Positions 28,269 to 41,000 of a DNA stretch of 64,000 bases are shown here, piece after piece. The DNA is taken from positions 73,254 to 137,253 of the forward strand of contig CABQXN010000001.1 of NCBI GenBank assembly GCA_902468085.1. Reading direction: 5' to 3'. The stretch's first letter is position 1. Every line of letters begins with the position of its first letter. The notes beneath the pieces were generated by a model. That model was not told the DNA's origin and did not search any database. It saw only the letters and a program-made list of their open reading frames with translations. This DNA comes from an uncultured Collinsella sp. GTDB taxonomy: Bacteria; Actinomycetota; Coriobacteriia; Coriobacteriales; Coriobacteriaceae. Made by a program: the position numbers and the translations under genes.

Positions 28269-31200
28269 CTAGCGAGGCTTATCCGAATTGACCTCATCGG
28301 TGGTGTCTTTTTCGAGCGCCGTGCGGCGGGTGCTGTAGGCGACGAGGCCTGCGCCTGCTGCGGCGAGTGCTGCTGCGGCTGCCGTAAGGGGAGCGTTGAC
28401 ATCGCCCGTGCCCGCAAGCGCGCCCGCTTTTCCGGGGCGCTTGTTATTGCCGTGATCCTTGCCACTGCTGGAGCTGCTTCCGCCGGAGCCGTCGCCCTTG
28501 TCAGTACCGCCGCCACTTGAGCCGCCACCGCCGTCCGCCGTCATCGGTGCATCGTGAAGTCCTGTCGTATCCGCGCTGTTGTATACGCCGACCTGAACTT
28601 CTGAGCGCTCGCATGCCGCGTCGGGCACATGGAGCTCGTGCAGCACGGCACCCAGCGCCGAGTTTGCGCCCGGTCGAATTTCCTCGAGCGTTACGGGATC
28701 GAGCGCCACCAGATTACGCGCCTTCGCATACAGCGTTACGCGTTTGCCCACTTCGTCGCTCCAACTCTCGGGGATAGCGAAGCTCATGCGGAACTGTGCC
28801 GTGCAACCCGGTGCCAGCACGGCGTTGCCGTTGTCGGCAACCAGCGGGTGCGTTGCAAAACGTGCGCCCAGCGTCTAGAGCGCGTACTTCACGTGTGCCA
28901 TGTCGTTGGCCGAAGCGTCCTCGGCAAGTTCTGGATCGTAGATCGAAGCCATGCGTGCGTTCACTCCGAATCCGATGGATGCGCTGGAGAACGGCTGGCT
29001 GGAGCTCTCTCGGTACAGATCGATCGTGCCGGCGGTCAGCAAGGTGTTGCCGTCGTTTCGCACCGTGACCATGAAGGATTCGCCTGCTGCTCCGGGCACC
29101 ACCGCGCCCGAGGTAGCGACTGCGCCCGTCGGAGTGGCACACGCCACCAAGGGCACTTCGATGCCGTGTAGTTCTGCCTCGCTCTTCTCCGCGCTCACAA
29201 TGTGCGTGGCGAGCGCGGAGAGCATGCTCCCCGACGTCAAAAATGTCGTTATCTGATCGACGGGATGGTCCAGCTCGCACATCACGAACGGCTCCGTAAA
29301 CAGATCGCCTGCCAAGGTGCTGGCGAAGATGCGGAAGTGCTTGCCCATCACTGCTACCGGGTTGCCTTCTTCGTCGTAGGTTTGCCCCACCTTGCCATCG
29401 GTGTTCTCTACATAGAGCACGCACCTGCCGTTGTTGCTTACGCTAAACGATGCCGGGCCACAGCCTGCGGCACCCACGGGCTGCGTTGCAAATGCCGATG
29501 CGCCTCGTGCCCAAGTAATATGCTGCAGCTGCTCGTTGACGGTAGCCAAAAAGCCCGTGTGCTGCGGCCACGGCACCGCGTGGGGTACTGTGGCGTCTGG
29601 TGACATAACGCCCCAGCCCGCAATGGACTGGCCGATCACGGCGTACGATGCGCAGCCGCAACCGTCTGCGGTCTCGTACGCAACGGGCACCACCATTTTG
29701 CCGTTGATATTCTCGGGCTCGCCCAGCTCGATACTCGACGGTGCCTGCGGAAAGCGGAGAATCTGGCGGAACGTCAGGCTGTCGCCCGAAACGTCCGACC
29801 ACAGGGTAAAGCATTCCAGCGCAACCTCGGCCTCGCTGCCGAGCGCCTTCTCTGCGGTGGCTCCGCGGCGGTGGAGGTAGGCGCCCGACAGACGTCCGTC
29901 GACCAGCGTCTTGCCCACCGTGATACGCGGGCACTGCAGGCAATGATAGCCATCCTCCTGAAGGCGGCCGCGCGAGATGCTGCGCCACGACGTGTGCGAT
30001 ATCACGCGAACTCCGTCGTTGCTTATGCGCAGGCGCACAACGGACAGTATGCCGGCTGTGCTTGCCGTATCGAAAAAAGTGTTGTCGCCGTCGGGGCGCT
30101 CGCCCGAGACCAGCAGCACGTAGGCGTCCTGGTTTCCTCTTCCGTCCTTATATTCCACCACGTCGAAGTCGTAATCGTATATGCCGTCGCGCTCCACGTC
30201 GCCCTCGCCAAACCCAAGGGGGAAGTCCACGGGCGTGGGAGCGGACCACGTGCCGTTCGTCTTTGTATGCACCACCAGGCGCGAACGACCATTCTCGCCG
30301 TAGCGCACCGAGGCGATACGGAATAGGCACTCCACGCCGGCAATCATCGTTAGCTTCATGTGGGCTTCGCTGAGCACGCCGGAAAACAGCACGTTGTCGC
30401 TCGAGGGTTTTATGCCGCCACGCTCGTCCTCCGACACGCCGGCAGAATTGGCGTTGGGGTCCGCAACGGCGTTCGTCGCCTGCCCGATATAGGTGTACTC
30501 ATACATCGGTGCGGCGTTTTCGTCGTTTCCCATCAGTGCGTGGACGAAATGCTCAACCTGTCCTGTGTCGTCGCTTTCTGCATCCGCCTCGAGCTCAATG
30601 CGCGTGACCGCTTGATCCCAATCGCGCACGACAGGCGCAACGTTTGCGGCAGTGGCATTAACCTCGGCGCGTGCGAGCAGCTCGGCGTTGGTGACGATGG
30701 TGGCCGATGCGATAAATTGCGGCACGCCGCCCGCCTCGGCGTTGCCGGCCGAGCCGAAGCAGGCATCCAGCGTGTAAGGCGTATCTCCGCCCAATGCGAG
30801 TTCAGAGCGCTGGAGTACATACTGGTCGCCGTTGCTCACCGACATATTCCACGAATCGAGGAGTGTGGGCCACGACCCCGACCAAGCCTTGGTGGTCCAC
30901 TTGAACATTACGAACTGGAGTATCACATCGACATCGACGTCTGCACCCACGCGCAGCCGCGGAAGCTGGTGGCCGTCCGCCTTCTCGTATCCAATGAACA
31001 GTGTGAGGGACGCGGCGCCACGCACGGCAGACGAAGCGACGCCTGCAACGCCGGCGCCAAAGGTGACGGCGAGCCCGATCTGGATAGTGAATGAGCCCGA
31101 CGTGTTGGAATAGTCGAGCGAAATGTTTTTAAAAAACGCCGCGCCGCTGCCGTGCGTGTGGGCACCCACGGCGAGCGCCAGCTTCGCCAACACCCAGGGG

Positions 31201-32639
31201 TTGACGTTTAGGAAAAACGGCACCGGTCCTAGGGTAAACTGCTCGGTCCAATTGAGGTCGGTTCTTACCTGGAAGAGGGCCTTAATATTGCCGTATGCGG
31301 GGTCGTTGTTGTTGCCCCAGGTTTTGCCCACCCAATCGTAGGCGAGCGAGCCGTACAGCTGTGTGGCGATATCCATCGTGAACAGCGGCGTGCAATGGTG
31401 GCGAAGGAGTTTGGTGTTTCTTGGATCGGTGCCCGAACCGGCACTCATACTTTTGTACTGATTCCACTTCCCCTCCATCTCGTCGAGATAGCGGTTTGCC
31501 TGCTTGGCGCCCGACTCACGCGGTGACTTCTTCCAGTACTCCGGATCCGGATTGCCCGAATCGTTCATATAGCTGGCTGGTTTGTATCCTCCGCCAAACA
31601 GTACGTACCCGGCAAACGAGAAATCGAACAGAATGGGAAATGTGGGCATCCAACACGTGAACTTATTGCCGCCGATACCGGGAAACGCCGCGGGGAAATC
31701 AAACGGAGTGATCTCTTGGTCCATGGTGGTGGGAATGATGGTGGTCGAGCCCGATTCCGCCTTTGCGGCCGGCGCGGTGACAACGGCCATAGGGGATGAG
31801 AGCGTGTAGGTTTTGCCCTGGTAGTCGAGCATAAAGCGCAGCTTGCACCCTTCCTCCAGAAGGCCCGAAGCTGCATCGAGGAACGTGTCTTCAAGCGTGA
31901 ACGTCGCCAGATTATCCGCGCCCGATGCGCTGGCCTTGATCTGGCCGATCTGCGTGACGGTTTCGGTTGAGCTGCCCGCAGCGGGCATCACTTTATTGAT
32001 ATGCAACGTTGCCTGCCCGCCCTGCGGCAGATGAGCCTGCACGGTAAAAGCGTGCGTGTCGGGCTGGTCGTTTGCTGCTTCGTCCGCTGGCATTGCCATA
32101 AACGTGGCGTCGGCGTACTGGATGTCCCATTCGTCGAACGTGAGCTGTCGAAAGTACGGCTCGCCATCGGAGAGCGGACGTGTGGGTGCGGTAATAGCGG
32201 TGCCGCCTTGGACACGCGCGAGGGGAATCTCGACATCGCGGTAGCCCGCCATGCTAATGGAGATGCCGCCGTTAAAGTCGTACGCGTCGAGAAGCGTCGC
32301 CTCGTCCACGTAGCCTTCCGAAAGCGGCGCGACCTCAAAGATGGCCGTGCCTTCGTCATCGGTCGTGGCGGAGAGCTGCTTGCCCGCGGCATAGCGCGAT
32401 GTGAGCGTGACCCTGGCTCCCTTGATGGGCGTATTCTTGTTGGCGACATCGACCACGACCACACCGAACATGGTGCGCGAGAGAACGAGCACCCTGAAGG
32501 GGTCTTTTTCGTCGGCATAGGCTTCGGTGGGCGCGAACGGCAATATGAAGGCGTTTGCGCTTCCCGGCACGCGCGGCAACATAATGCTCGCCAGCGAGGA
32601 CGCTCCGGCAACAAGTAACGAACGGCGATCAAGCATCTT
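28269..32639 (-). pseudogene. Giant surface protein (Tat-like signal peptide, LAGTG sorting signal) interrupted by one in-frame TAG
   Basis: ORFs 28875..32732 and 28269..28820 are in the same frame, separated only by TAG at 28875-28877. N-terminus is MLDRRSLLVAGASSLA...ANA. C-terminus has a Gly/Ser linker, then LAGTG, a hydrophobic stretch and a charged tail. Confidence 0.6.
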
Positions 32640-32792
32640 TGGCTCCCATCCCGCAAACATCGGAGGAAATAATCCAATTTTGCGAGAAGGTGCCCCGTGG
32701 CGGTAGTGCCGTCCGAGGGCCAAAATGTCCAATTTGAGCGAGCGAAGCGCCGGGGCTCCGGAGCGCGCATGCTGCGCTAGACAGTCTGGCCG

Positions 32793-33797
32793 CTAACGCA
32801 GCATATGCGCGACCAGCTCAGTGCGCGTGCCGATGCCAAGCTTTGCATACACACTGGATAGGCGGTTTTTGACAGTGCCCGGCGATACTCCCATATGGCG
32901 TGCGATTTCGGCGTTGGTCCATCCGCGGCAGGCGAGCATGGCCATGGTGAACTCTGTGGTCGTCAGGTCGTCAGCCACGTCCTCGCCCGAATCGGGGTTG
33001 TGGATGCGCCGCCAGCCGTAGCTGAATCGATACGTGATTTCGATAATGCGCGCGAAATCGTCAGGGTATTGCGATTTTAAGCATGCCTCGATAAGCCCCT
33101 GTAAAAGGCCGTGATGCTCGCCAATGAGCTCAATAAGGCCGTCGGGGCGCGCAATGTTCCAAGCAACTCCGAAGTGCGTTTTTGCGGCGCCGATGTCCTT
33201 GAGGCTCATACATGCCATGGAAGCTGCCAGGTGTAGGAATAGTTCCGAGATCGGATAGCTTCCCTGTTTCATGATCAGGGCGTTTTCCGCCATGCCCAGA
33301 CTGCGGCCATATTCGCCGCGCAGGTATAGGGCATGCGCCATCACGTAACTGGCGAACAGGCGCAGGCCTTCGGGCAGATGCGCCGCAAGCGGATAAAACT
33401 CTTCGGCGGAATACGGGGAAGGCAAGTGCAGCAGGACGCTCGCGGCCGAGGCGAATAGGATATGCGTGGCGTGGACGGCGGGCGATTCCTCGTCAGCCGG
33501 CGTATCGAGGATGCCCGCAAGACAACGGCGGGCGTCGGCGATACGGTTGAGCGACAGGCTGGCGTATCCGCAGATAAAGCATGCGGAATAGCGCAGTGCG
33601 GAATCGGTGGCGTCAAGATAGGGGCGCGCCGTCTTGGCAGCGAGGGCGGCCTGTCCGCGAAAGTACAGCGCTTCTGCCGTGGCGATGGTGCGTGAATCGG
33701 GGTCGGAAATGCCTGCAACCGCAGCGTCAATCTGCCCCGGCACAAAGGCAGTGCACATCAACGGCATGGGAACGCATGGGTAGCCATCGCAGTCCAT
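32793..33797 (-). CDS. LuxR-family transcriptional regulator with large N-terminal helical domain
   Basis: C-terminal LTTTEFTMAMLACRGWTNAEIARHMGVSPGTVKNRLSSVYAKLG is the LuxR HTH. Confidence 0.75.
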   Translation of the reverse strand: MDCDGYPCVPMPLMCTAFVPGQIDAAVAGISDPDSRTIATAEALYFRGQAALAAKTARPYLDATDSALRYSACFICGYASLSLNRIADARRCLAGILDTPADEESPAVHATHILFASAASVLLHLPSPYSAEEFYPLAAHLPEGLRLFASYVMAHALYLRGEYGRSLGMAENALIMKQGSYPISELFLHLAASMACMSLKDIGAAKTHFGVAWNIARPDGLIELIGEHHGLLQGLIEACLKSQYPDDFARIIEITYRFSYGWRRIHNPDSGEDVADDLTTTEFTMAMLACRGWTNAEIARHMGVSPGTVKNRLSSVYAKLGIGTRTELVAHMLR

Positions 33798-33865
33798 CTT
33801 CCATCTCCCAACAGCTGGCAACAATAGCAGCAATTGTACTCCTGTTGCTCGGGACCCCTTTCGTT

Positions 33866-35017
33866 TTACTGTTCGGTTAACGCTACGGATCGTTTTGGAA
33901 GGCTTACGAGCATGGTGGTCCCGTTCTCGGAACTTGTTTCAACCTCTACCGTGCCACCGTGAAGCGCTGCAATCTCCCAAACAAGCGCTAGTCCGAGTCC
34001 TGCGCCGCCGTATGCCCTGCTGCGGGATTTATCCAGGCGAAAGAACGGTTGGAAGATGCTCTCACGGTACTGCTTGGGTATTCCCGGGCCCTGGTCCTCG
34101 ACTCGCAGGAACACGTGGCTGTCGTTGTCGCAGATGGAGACGTTGACAGTCGAGCCGGGGTGGCTGTAACGGATGGCATTTTCGACCAGGTTAAACACCA
34201 GCCGATAGAGGAGCGTGTCGCTCCCGATTACTAAAGCGTTCCCAGCACAATTGAGGGCTATGCCCTTATTTTCGGCAAGTGGCGCAAGGTCGGTGAGGAT
34301 CTCTTCGGACAAGGGACCAAGTTCCACATCGTCCTCGCAAGGAACGCTGCGGAGCTCACTCATCTCGAGCAACACCTTGGTCATCCGCGACATTCGCTCA
34401 GTTTGTTCTTGTAGCAGGCCGAGCAACTCGGCTGTTTCGGGTTGTAAGTTGGAGCGCTCGGAGACAAACAGTTCGATCTGTGCCTGCATAAGGGCGAGCG
34501 GGGTTCGCAGCTCGTGCGCGGCGTTGCCGGTAAATTGACGCTGTGCAGAGAACCCTTCGCCAAGACGGGCGATCATGTCGTTGAAAGAGGCGCTGCATCG
34601 TTGTAGCTCGGTGGGCACATCTTCACTGAGTCTGATTTCGCTTAGGTTGTCAGGCTGCACACGCTCAACCTGGGCTGCAAAAGCTCGTAGCGGTTTGAGT
34701 GCACGGCCGCTTACAAAGTATGCCAGCACGCCGCCAAGGAGTGTGACTCCAGCCGTGATGCGCCAGGCTGTCGTGCCAAAAGACTCCTGTGCGTCGTTTA
34801 CGACGATCGTGACCTCGTCATCGAGGGTCGCTTTCGTTGGGTCGAACGCCTGGGGCGAATCTTCGCCGGTTGCGGTAAAGGCCGAGATGTCACTGCCGAT
34901 GGCATCCATGTAGCGCATGCCCGTATAGCCGACCAGGCAGTTCGTCAGCACGCATGCCGCACACGTGAGCAGTGCCGTCATAATCGTTATGCGCCACTGC
35001 AGCGACAAACGCTTCAT
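33866..35017 (-). CDS. Sensor histidine kinase
   Basis: Two TM helices, HisKA (AAHELRTPLA) and HATPase_c (GGAGLGLALV) motifs. Confidence 0.85.
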   Translation of the reverse strand: MKRLSLQWRITIMTALLTCAACVLTNCLVGYTGMRYMDAIGSDISAFTATGEDSPQAFDPTKATLDDEVTIVVNDAQESFGTTAWRITAGVTLLGGVLAYFVSGRALKPLRAFAAQVERVQPDNLSEIRLSEDVPTELQRCSASFNDMIARLGEGFSAQRQFTGNAAHELRTPLALMQAQIELFVSERSNLQPETAELLGLLQEQTERMSRMTKVLLEMSELRSVPCEDDVELGPLSEEILTDLAPLAENKGIALNCAGNALVIGSDTLLYRLVFNLVENAIRYSHPGSTVNVSICDNDSHVFLRVEDQGPGIPKQYRESIFQPFFRLDKSRSRAYGGAGLGLALVWEIAALHGGTVEVETSSENGTTMLVSLPKRSVALTEQ

Positions 35018-35688
35018 TCGCAGTCCTCCATAACGTAGCCCTCTCCAATCCGATTGCGAATCGGGTCGTATCCCAAAGCGCTGCGCAACTTTTTTCGGAG
35101 CGACGAGATATGAACGCGGGTTGCGTTGCTAAAGCTGTTCACGCTGCTATCCCAAACGTGCTCGATAAGCTCCTCTTGGCTTACCGGTCGCCCCTGATTA
35201 AGCATCAGGTATTCCAAGATTCCCGTTTCCTTGCGCGTAAGAGATAAAGCCTCGCTGTCCACGGAAGCGATGCGCGCCTTGGTGTCAAAGCGGAGCTTTC
35301 CGCAGGTTAAAACTATGTCGCTTTGTGTAAAGCGTCTGAGGGTAAGGCTGCGAATCCTTGCCGCAAGCTCGTCCAGATGAAACGGCTTGGTGAGGTAATC
35401 GTTGGCGCCGGCATCGAGTCCGGCGACTTTATCGGATACTTCGCCGCGTGCGGACAGAATCAGTACCTTGGTCTCGCAGTCGGTTTTCCTAAGTTCCCTG
35501 AGCACGGTCATGCCGTCGATGCGGGGAAGGTTGAGGTCGAGTACCACGAGGTCGAAGGCCTCAACGTCCAGTAGGTCGAGCGCCTCCTGTCCGTCGTGAC
35601 AGCAGTCGACGCTGTACGCCAAGTTTCGCAAGCTGCGCGCGATTGCGTCACACAGTGCTCGCTCGTCTTCGACGATCAAAATACGCAT
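35014..35688 (-). CDS. OmpR-family response regulator
   Basis: MRILIVEDERAL...DLVVLDLNLP receiver domain plus winged-helix C-terminus. 4-bp overlap with the kinase. Confidence 0.85.
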   Translation of the reverse strand: MRILIVEDERALCDAIARSLRNLAYSVDCCHDGQEALDLLDVEAFDLVVLDLNLPRIDGMTVLRELRKTDCETKVLILSARGEVSDKVAGLDAGANDYLTKPFHLDELAARIRSLTLRRFTQSDIVLTCGKLRFDTKARIASVDSEALSLTRKETGILEYLMLNQGRPVSQEELIEHVWDSSVNSFSNATRVHISSLRKKLRSALGYDPIRNRIGEGYVMEDCE

Positions 35689-35950
35689 AACAGTCTCCTT
35701 GCACATTTCAAATCGCGCTTAACACGGATTTTATAGCCGATATGGTCCAATGGTCGCGTAACGAAAGGAGTGGTCAGGTTGTTCAAAGCGGTAAAACCCG
35801 TGGTACAGGTCGCTTTGTTGATCGTCGGAATTGCCATGGTGTGCTTTGGCGTTATGCGTGGCGAGGCGGATGCCGTGCTGGCCAAAGCGATTAGGCTGTG
35901 CTTGGAGTGTATCGGAATTGGATAAAAGAGAAAACACTGCGTCGCATGTT

Positions 35951-36820
35951 TTGGCTCGATTTCGCGGATTCATTCAGGCGGCGGCGACGCTTGTCACCAA
36001 CATTCACCTGCCAAACTTTGCCAAAGGCGGCATCTATCAGGGCGCGGGAAAAACAGTCTGCGTACCTGGACTTAATTGCTATTCGTGCCCCGCGGCATCG
36101 GGTGCGTGCCCCATCGGGTCGTTCCAGTCGGTGGTGGGTTCATCCAAGTTCAACTTTTCTTACTACGTCACCGGTACGCTCATTTTGCTCGGCGTGCTGC
36201 TGGGACGCTTTGTATGCGGCTTTCTATGCCCGTTTGGCTGGCTGCAGGAGCTGCTTCATAAGATTCCCGGCAAAAAGTTCTCCACGAAAAAGCTCAAGCC
36301 GCTCACGTACATCAAGTACGTCGTGCTGCTGTTTGCCGTGGTGCTGCTGCCCGTCTTGGTGGTTAACGACGTGGGCATGGGCGACCCGTTCTTTTGTAAG
36401 TACATCTGTCCGCAGGGTGTGCTCGAGGGCGCCATTCCTCTGGCCATTGCCAACGCCGGCATTCGATCTGCGTTGGGACATCTCTTTACTTGGAAACTTG
36501 CCGTTCTCATTGCCGTGGTAGTGCTGAGCGTTTTGTTCTAACGCCCCTTCTGCAAATGGATTTGTCCACTCGGCGCATTCTATGCGCTCATGAATAAGGT
36601 GTCCTTGTTGGGGATTCAGGTTGACGCGTGCAAATGCGTCTCGTGCGGCAAGTGTTCAAGGGTTTGTCAGATGGACGTTGATGTGGTCCGCGCGCCCAAT
36701 CATGCCGAATGTATCCGGTGCGGAAAGTGCATCGGGGCCTGTCCCGTCGATGCCATCAGCTATCGCTATGGCCTGGATGTGTCGGCGGAAAAGCTTCCCT
36801 TGACCGCCGATAAAAAGTAA
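35951..36820 (+). pseudogene. NapH/MauN-like 4Fe-4S-binding membrane protein interrupted by in-frame TAA
   Basis: ORFs 35831..36541 and 36590..36820 share a frame with TAA at 36539-36541 between ...VLSVLF and RPFCKWICPLGAF. CxxCP membrane motifs are followed by two ferredoxin CxxCxxCxxxCP motifs. Start is uncertain (TTG at 35951). Confidence 0.55.
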
Positions 36821-36843
36821 ACAAGCTTCGACAAAACGGAGGA

Positions 36844-37821
36844 ATGACCATGAAGCTTTCTAAGATTGCGGCCCTGTTTATGGTGCCGGTACTGGCCTTG
36901 TGTCTTGTGGCGTGCTCGGCACCTGGTGGCAATGCGAGCGAATCTGCGAGCTCCGATCCTAAGATCGCAGAACTCACTGCGCAGAAGCCGGCCAATGCCG
37001 ACGAGGCCGCCGAGCTGTATGCGAAGCTCATGCAGAAGGAGAACGAGATCTTTTCGAGTGATAACGCGCTGTGGGAAAAGGTATTCAATGCGGCAAATAA
37101 AGACTCGGCAATGATTGAGGACGGCAGCAATTACGGCGATTTCCTGCTCAAGACCATCGACGGCGCCAAGGATGAGTTCACGGCGGATGAGCTCAAGACG
37201 CTCAAGGCCGGTGCACAGCAGATCAAGGAGATCGAGGACAAGCTCGAGAGCCTGGAGAAGGAGTTCCCCGGCTGTGGAAGCACGCCGAGTGCAGGCGAGA
37301 GCGTCGACGCTTCGACCGCTGGCATGACGGCTGGTGCCAATGCTTCGAGCGAGGCGACGAAGTTCCCCAGCTTTACGGGCAAGGACCTGGATGGCAACGA
37401 CGTGAACAGCGACGAGCTGTTCTCTAAGAACAAGGTCACCGTCATGAACTTCTGGTTCACCACTTGCAAGCCATGCGTGGGCGAGCTGGGCGATCTTGAG
37501 AAACTGAATCAGGAGCTTGCCGAGAAGGGCGGCCAGGTCGTGGGCGTCAATTCCTTTACGCTCGATGGCAACAAGGGCGAGATTGCAGATGCCAAGGACG
37601 TGCTGAGCAAGAAGGGCGTGACGTATAAGAACATCTGGTTCAAGTCGGATAGCGATGCCGGTAAGTTTACGTCAAATTTGTTCTCGTTCCCGACAACGTA
37701 TGTCATCGATCAGAATGGCAACATCGTAGGGGATCCAATCGTGGGAGCCATCAGCTCCGCCGAGCAGCGCGCAGCACTCGACAAGCTTATCGACCAGGCG
37801 ATTGCGAATAGCGAGCAGTAG
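36844..37821 (+). CDS. Lipoprotein with C-terminal TlpA/ResA-like thioredoxin domain
   Basis: Lipobox LALCLVAC. The CxxC redox motif is WFTTCKPCVGE. Confidence 0.75.
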   Translation: MTMKLSKIAALFMVPVLALCLVACSAPGGNASESASSDPKIAELTAQKPANADEAAELYAKLMQKENEIFSSDNALWEKVFNAANKDSAMIEDGSNYGDFLLKTIDGAKDEFTADELKTLKAGAQQIKEIEDKLESLEKEFPGCGSTPSAGESVDASTAGMTAGANASSEATKFPSFTGKDLDGNDVNSDELFSKNKVTVMNFWFTTCKPCVGELGDLEKLNQELAEKGGQVVGVNSFTLDGNKGEIADAKDVLSKKGVTYKNIWFKSDSDAGKFTSNLFSFPTTYVIDQNGNIVGDPIVGAISSAEQRAALDKLIDQAIANSEQ

Positions 37822-38075
37822 AAAACGCGTAAAGCATGGCGAAGACCGTGCGCCGCTGTGCGAAGTAGTCCGCTACCTTTCAAGACAAGCTCCACCATGT
37901 AGAGGTCCCGCTCGGGACCTCTTCTTTTGGGCGCCGTTCCGTTCGTTTTTTGATGCGGTTCCCTACATTCCTCACTGGCGCCGGCAAAAAATGGGGATAG
38001 AGTAGGACAAACGCGTCGAATACGAACGGCGGGGGAGAGTGGGCGAGTGCGCCCGCGTGGGAGAGGTTGCCGTCC

Positions 38076-41000
38076 ATGTTGGAGCTCAAAGGTATTTGCA
38101 AAAGATACGTTACGCAGTCGTTTACGCAGGTGGCGCTCGACAACGTGAGCCTGTCTTTTCGGGATAACGAGTTCGTGGCCATTCTGGGTCCCTCGGGTTC
38201 GGGTAAAACTACGATGCTCAATGTTATCGGTGGGCTCGATCATTTCGATTCCGGCGACCTGCTGATCGACGGCATCTCGACCAAGGATTTTCGCGATCGC
38301 GATTGGGATGCCTACCGCAACAACCGCATCGGCTTTGTGTTCCAGAGCTATAACCTCATTCCGCACCAGACCATCTTGGAAAACGTGGAGCTGGCGCTCA
38401 CGCTCACAGGCGTGGGGCATGCCGAGCGCCGCCAGCGTGCGCGCGAGGCGTTGGAGAAAGTTGGCCTGGGCGAGCACGTTAACAAGCGCCCGAGCCAGCT
38501 ATCGGGCGGACAGATGCAGCGCGTGGCCATTGCCCGCGCCCTGATCAATGACCCTGAGATCGTCCTTGCCGACGAGCCGACTGGTGCTTTGGATTCAACG
38601 ACATCCGTACAGGTTATGGATTTGCTCAAAGACGTTGCGCGCGACCGCCTGGTTATCATGGTCACGCACAATCCCGAGCTGGCGTACCAGTACGCCACGC
38701 GTATCGTCAATCTGGCGGACGGCAAGATCACCGACGATTCCGACCCCTTTGATGCTGCCAAGGCCGCGCGTCGCGAGGCAAAGCCTACGCGCAAAACCTC
38801 GATGAGCTTTGTGACGGCGCTGGGGCTTTCTGCCCGAAACCTCATGACCAAGAAGGGCCGCACGGCCATGACTGCCTTTGCAGGCTCGATTGGCATTATC
38901 GGCATTGCGGCGATTCTGGCGCTGTCCAATGGCGTAAACGGCTACATCAAAAAGGTCGAGGAGGATACGCTCTCGAGCTACCCGCTCACCATTTCCAAGC
39001 AGGATTACGACCTGTCGTCCATGATGGGCGGGCAGGGGGCTGCGGATGATGACTCGCCTGAAAACGTGGATTCGTCCGACAACAGTGCCGGCGGCAAGGC
39101 TAAGGGAACCGATAAGATTCCTGTGGTCACGGCCGTAAAGGATATGTTTGCGAGCGTTAAGTCCAACGACATGACGAGCTTCAAGGCATGGCTCGATGCC
39201 GGTGGCGATGGCATCGATAAAGAGGTCAACGCCATTCAGTACGGCTACGGTGTATCGCCGGTTGTCTATCGCGCCGGCAAGGGCGGTGAGAAGCCTGTCC
39301 GGCTGGTGCCCAACGCCATGACCGAGGCCATGAGCGGCGGCGCGAGCTCGGCGGCAACGGTGAGTATGGAATCCATGGGAACCTCGGTCTTTAACGAGAT
39401 GATTGACGACCAGGGCCTGCTCGACAGCCAGTACGATGTCGTCGCCGGTCATTGGCCCATGTCCGCAAACGAAGCCGTGATGGTGCTTTCGAGCCGCGGT
39501 ACGGTGGGCGACTACACGCTCTATAGCATCGGCGCGCTGGATATCGATGAGCTCAACGATCTGGTAAACAGCGCTATGACGGCTGACGGTGGGGTCGAAA
39601 CGCCCGAGACCGGCACCGACTTTACCTACGACGATGCGCTGTCTACCACGTTTAAGGTGCTGTCGCCGGCCGATGCGTATCGCAAAAACGAAGAGACCGG
39701 CATGTGGACTGACATGTCTGGCGACGTCGACTTTATGACAGCCAAGGTTGCCGACGGTATCGACGTGCACATTGTGGGCGTGGTGCGACCCAACGAGACG
39801 GCCAACGCGAGCGCGTTGTCCCCGGGCATTGCCTATACGCATGCGCTGACTCGCCAGCTTATGGAGCGCGCTGCCGATTCGCAGATTGTGCAGGAGCAAC
39901 TCGCCCACCCCGAGACGGATGTCTTTACGGGTAAAACCTTCGACGAACTGCAAGGCGAGGCCAAACAAGGCGTGGATCTGAGCAGCATGTTCAGCGTGGA
40001 CGAGGCGGCGCTCAAGAGCGCGTTCTCGTTTGATGCGTCTGCACTTTCGGGTGCGGCCGGCGGTATGGACCTTTCTGGTATCGACTTATCCGGGTTGGAC
40101 ATTGACCTCTCGGACGTTGGCAAGGACATCGACTTCAGCGACATCATGGCAAAAGCACCGGCTCCAGATTTCTCGGGCATCTTTGACGGTCTGGAGCTCA
40201 CGCCCGAGCAAATGCAGCAGGTGGGAATACTTGCCAACCAACTGTTTGAGGGCTTTTTGCAGTCTGATCAGTTTAAGGCGCTGTCGCCCGAAGATCTTAA
40301 AGACGCGTCAAAGCTCGCTGCCGCATTCTCGACGTATCTTGAGAATGATGCCGCAGCCCAGCAATGCCTGGCTCAATTGAAGGCGCTCGGCGGCGATGCC
40401 CTGGCCGAGCGCCTGCAACAGGCGATGACCGACTATGTGCAAAAGCAGCTGGCTCCGTATCTGCAGCAGGCTATGGATCAGGTGATGAAGGTAATCAGCG
40501 AGCAGATAGCGTCGACGGTATCGTCCCAGCTCAAGGCGGGCACAGCGGGGCTTATGGACCAGATGGCGACGCAGATGTCTTCGAGTTTTGCCAACCTGGC
40601 GAGCGCCATGCACGTGGATGCGAGCGCCTTTGCTCGTGCCATCCATTTCAACATGGACGCCGAGGACCTGAGTTCGCTCATGATGAGCTATGCCAAGGCT
40701 TCGAAGCTCACCTACGACAACAATCTGACCACGTTGGGTTATGCGGACGAGGCGGACCCCATCTCGGTCAAGATTTTCCCGCGCGACTTTGAGGCCAAGG
40801 AGCGCGTACTCGATCACATCGATGCGTACAACAAGCAGGTCAAAGCCGCTGGCCACGATGATCGGGCAATTTCGTACACCGACTACATGGGCATCATCAT
40901 GGGTTCGGTGACCGACATCGTGAACACCATCAGCTTGGTGCTCATCGCATTCGTAAGCATCAGCCTGGTGGTGAGCTCCATCATGATCGGCATCATCACG

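Noticed and set aside
37710-38477. 255-aa minus-strand ORF
   Set aside because: Overlaps the 3' end of the TlpA-like gene and the 5' end of the ABC gene on the opposite strand. No domain signal.
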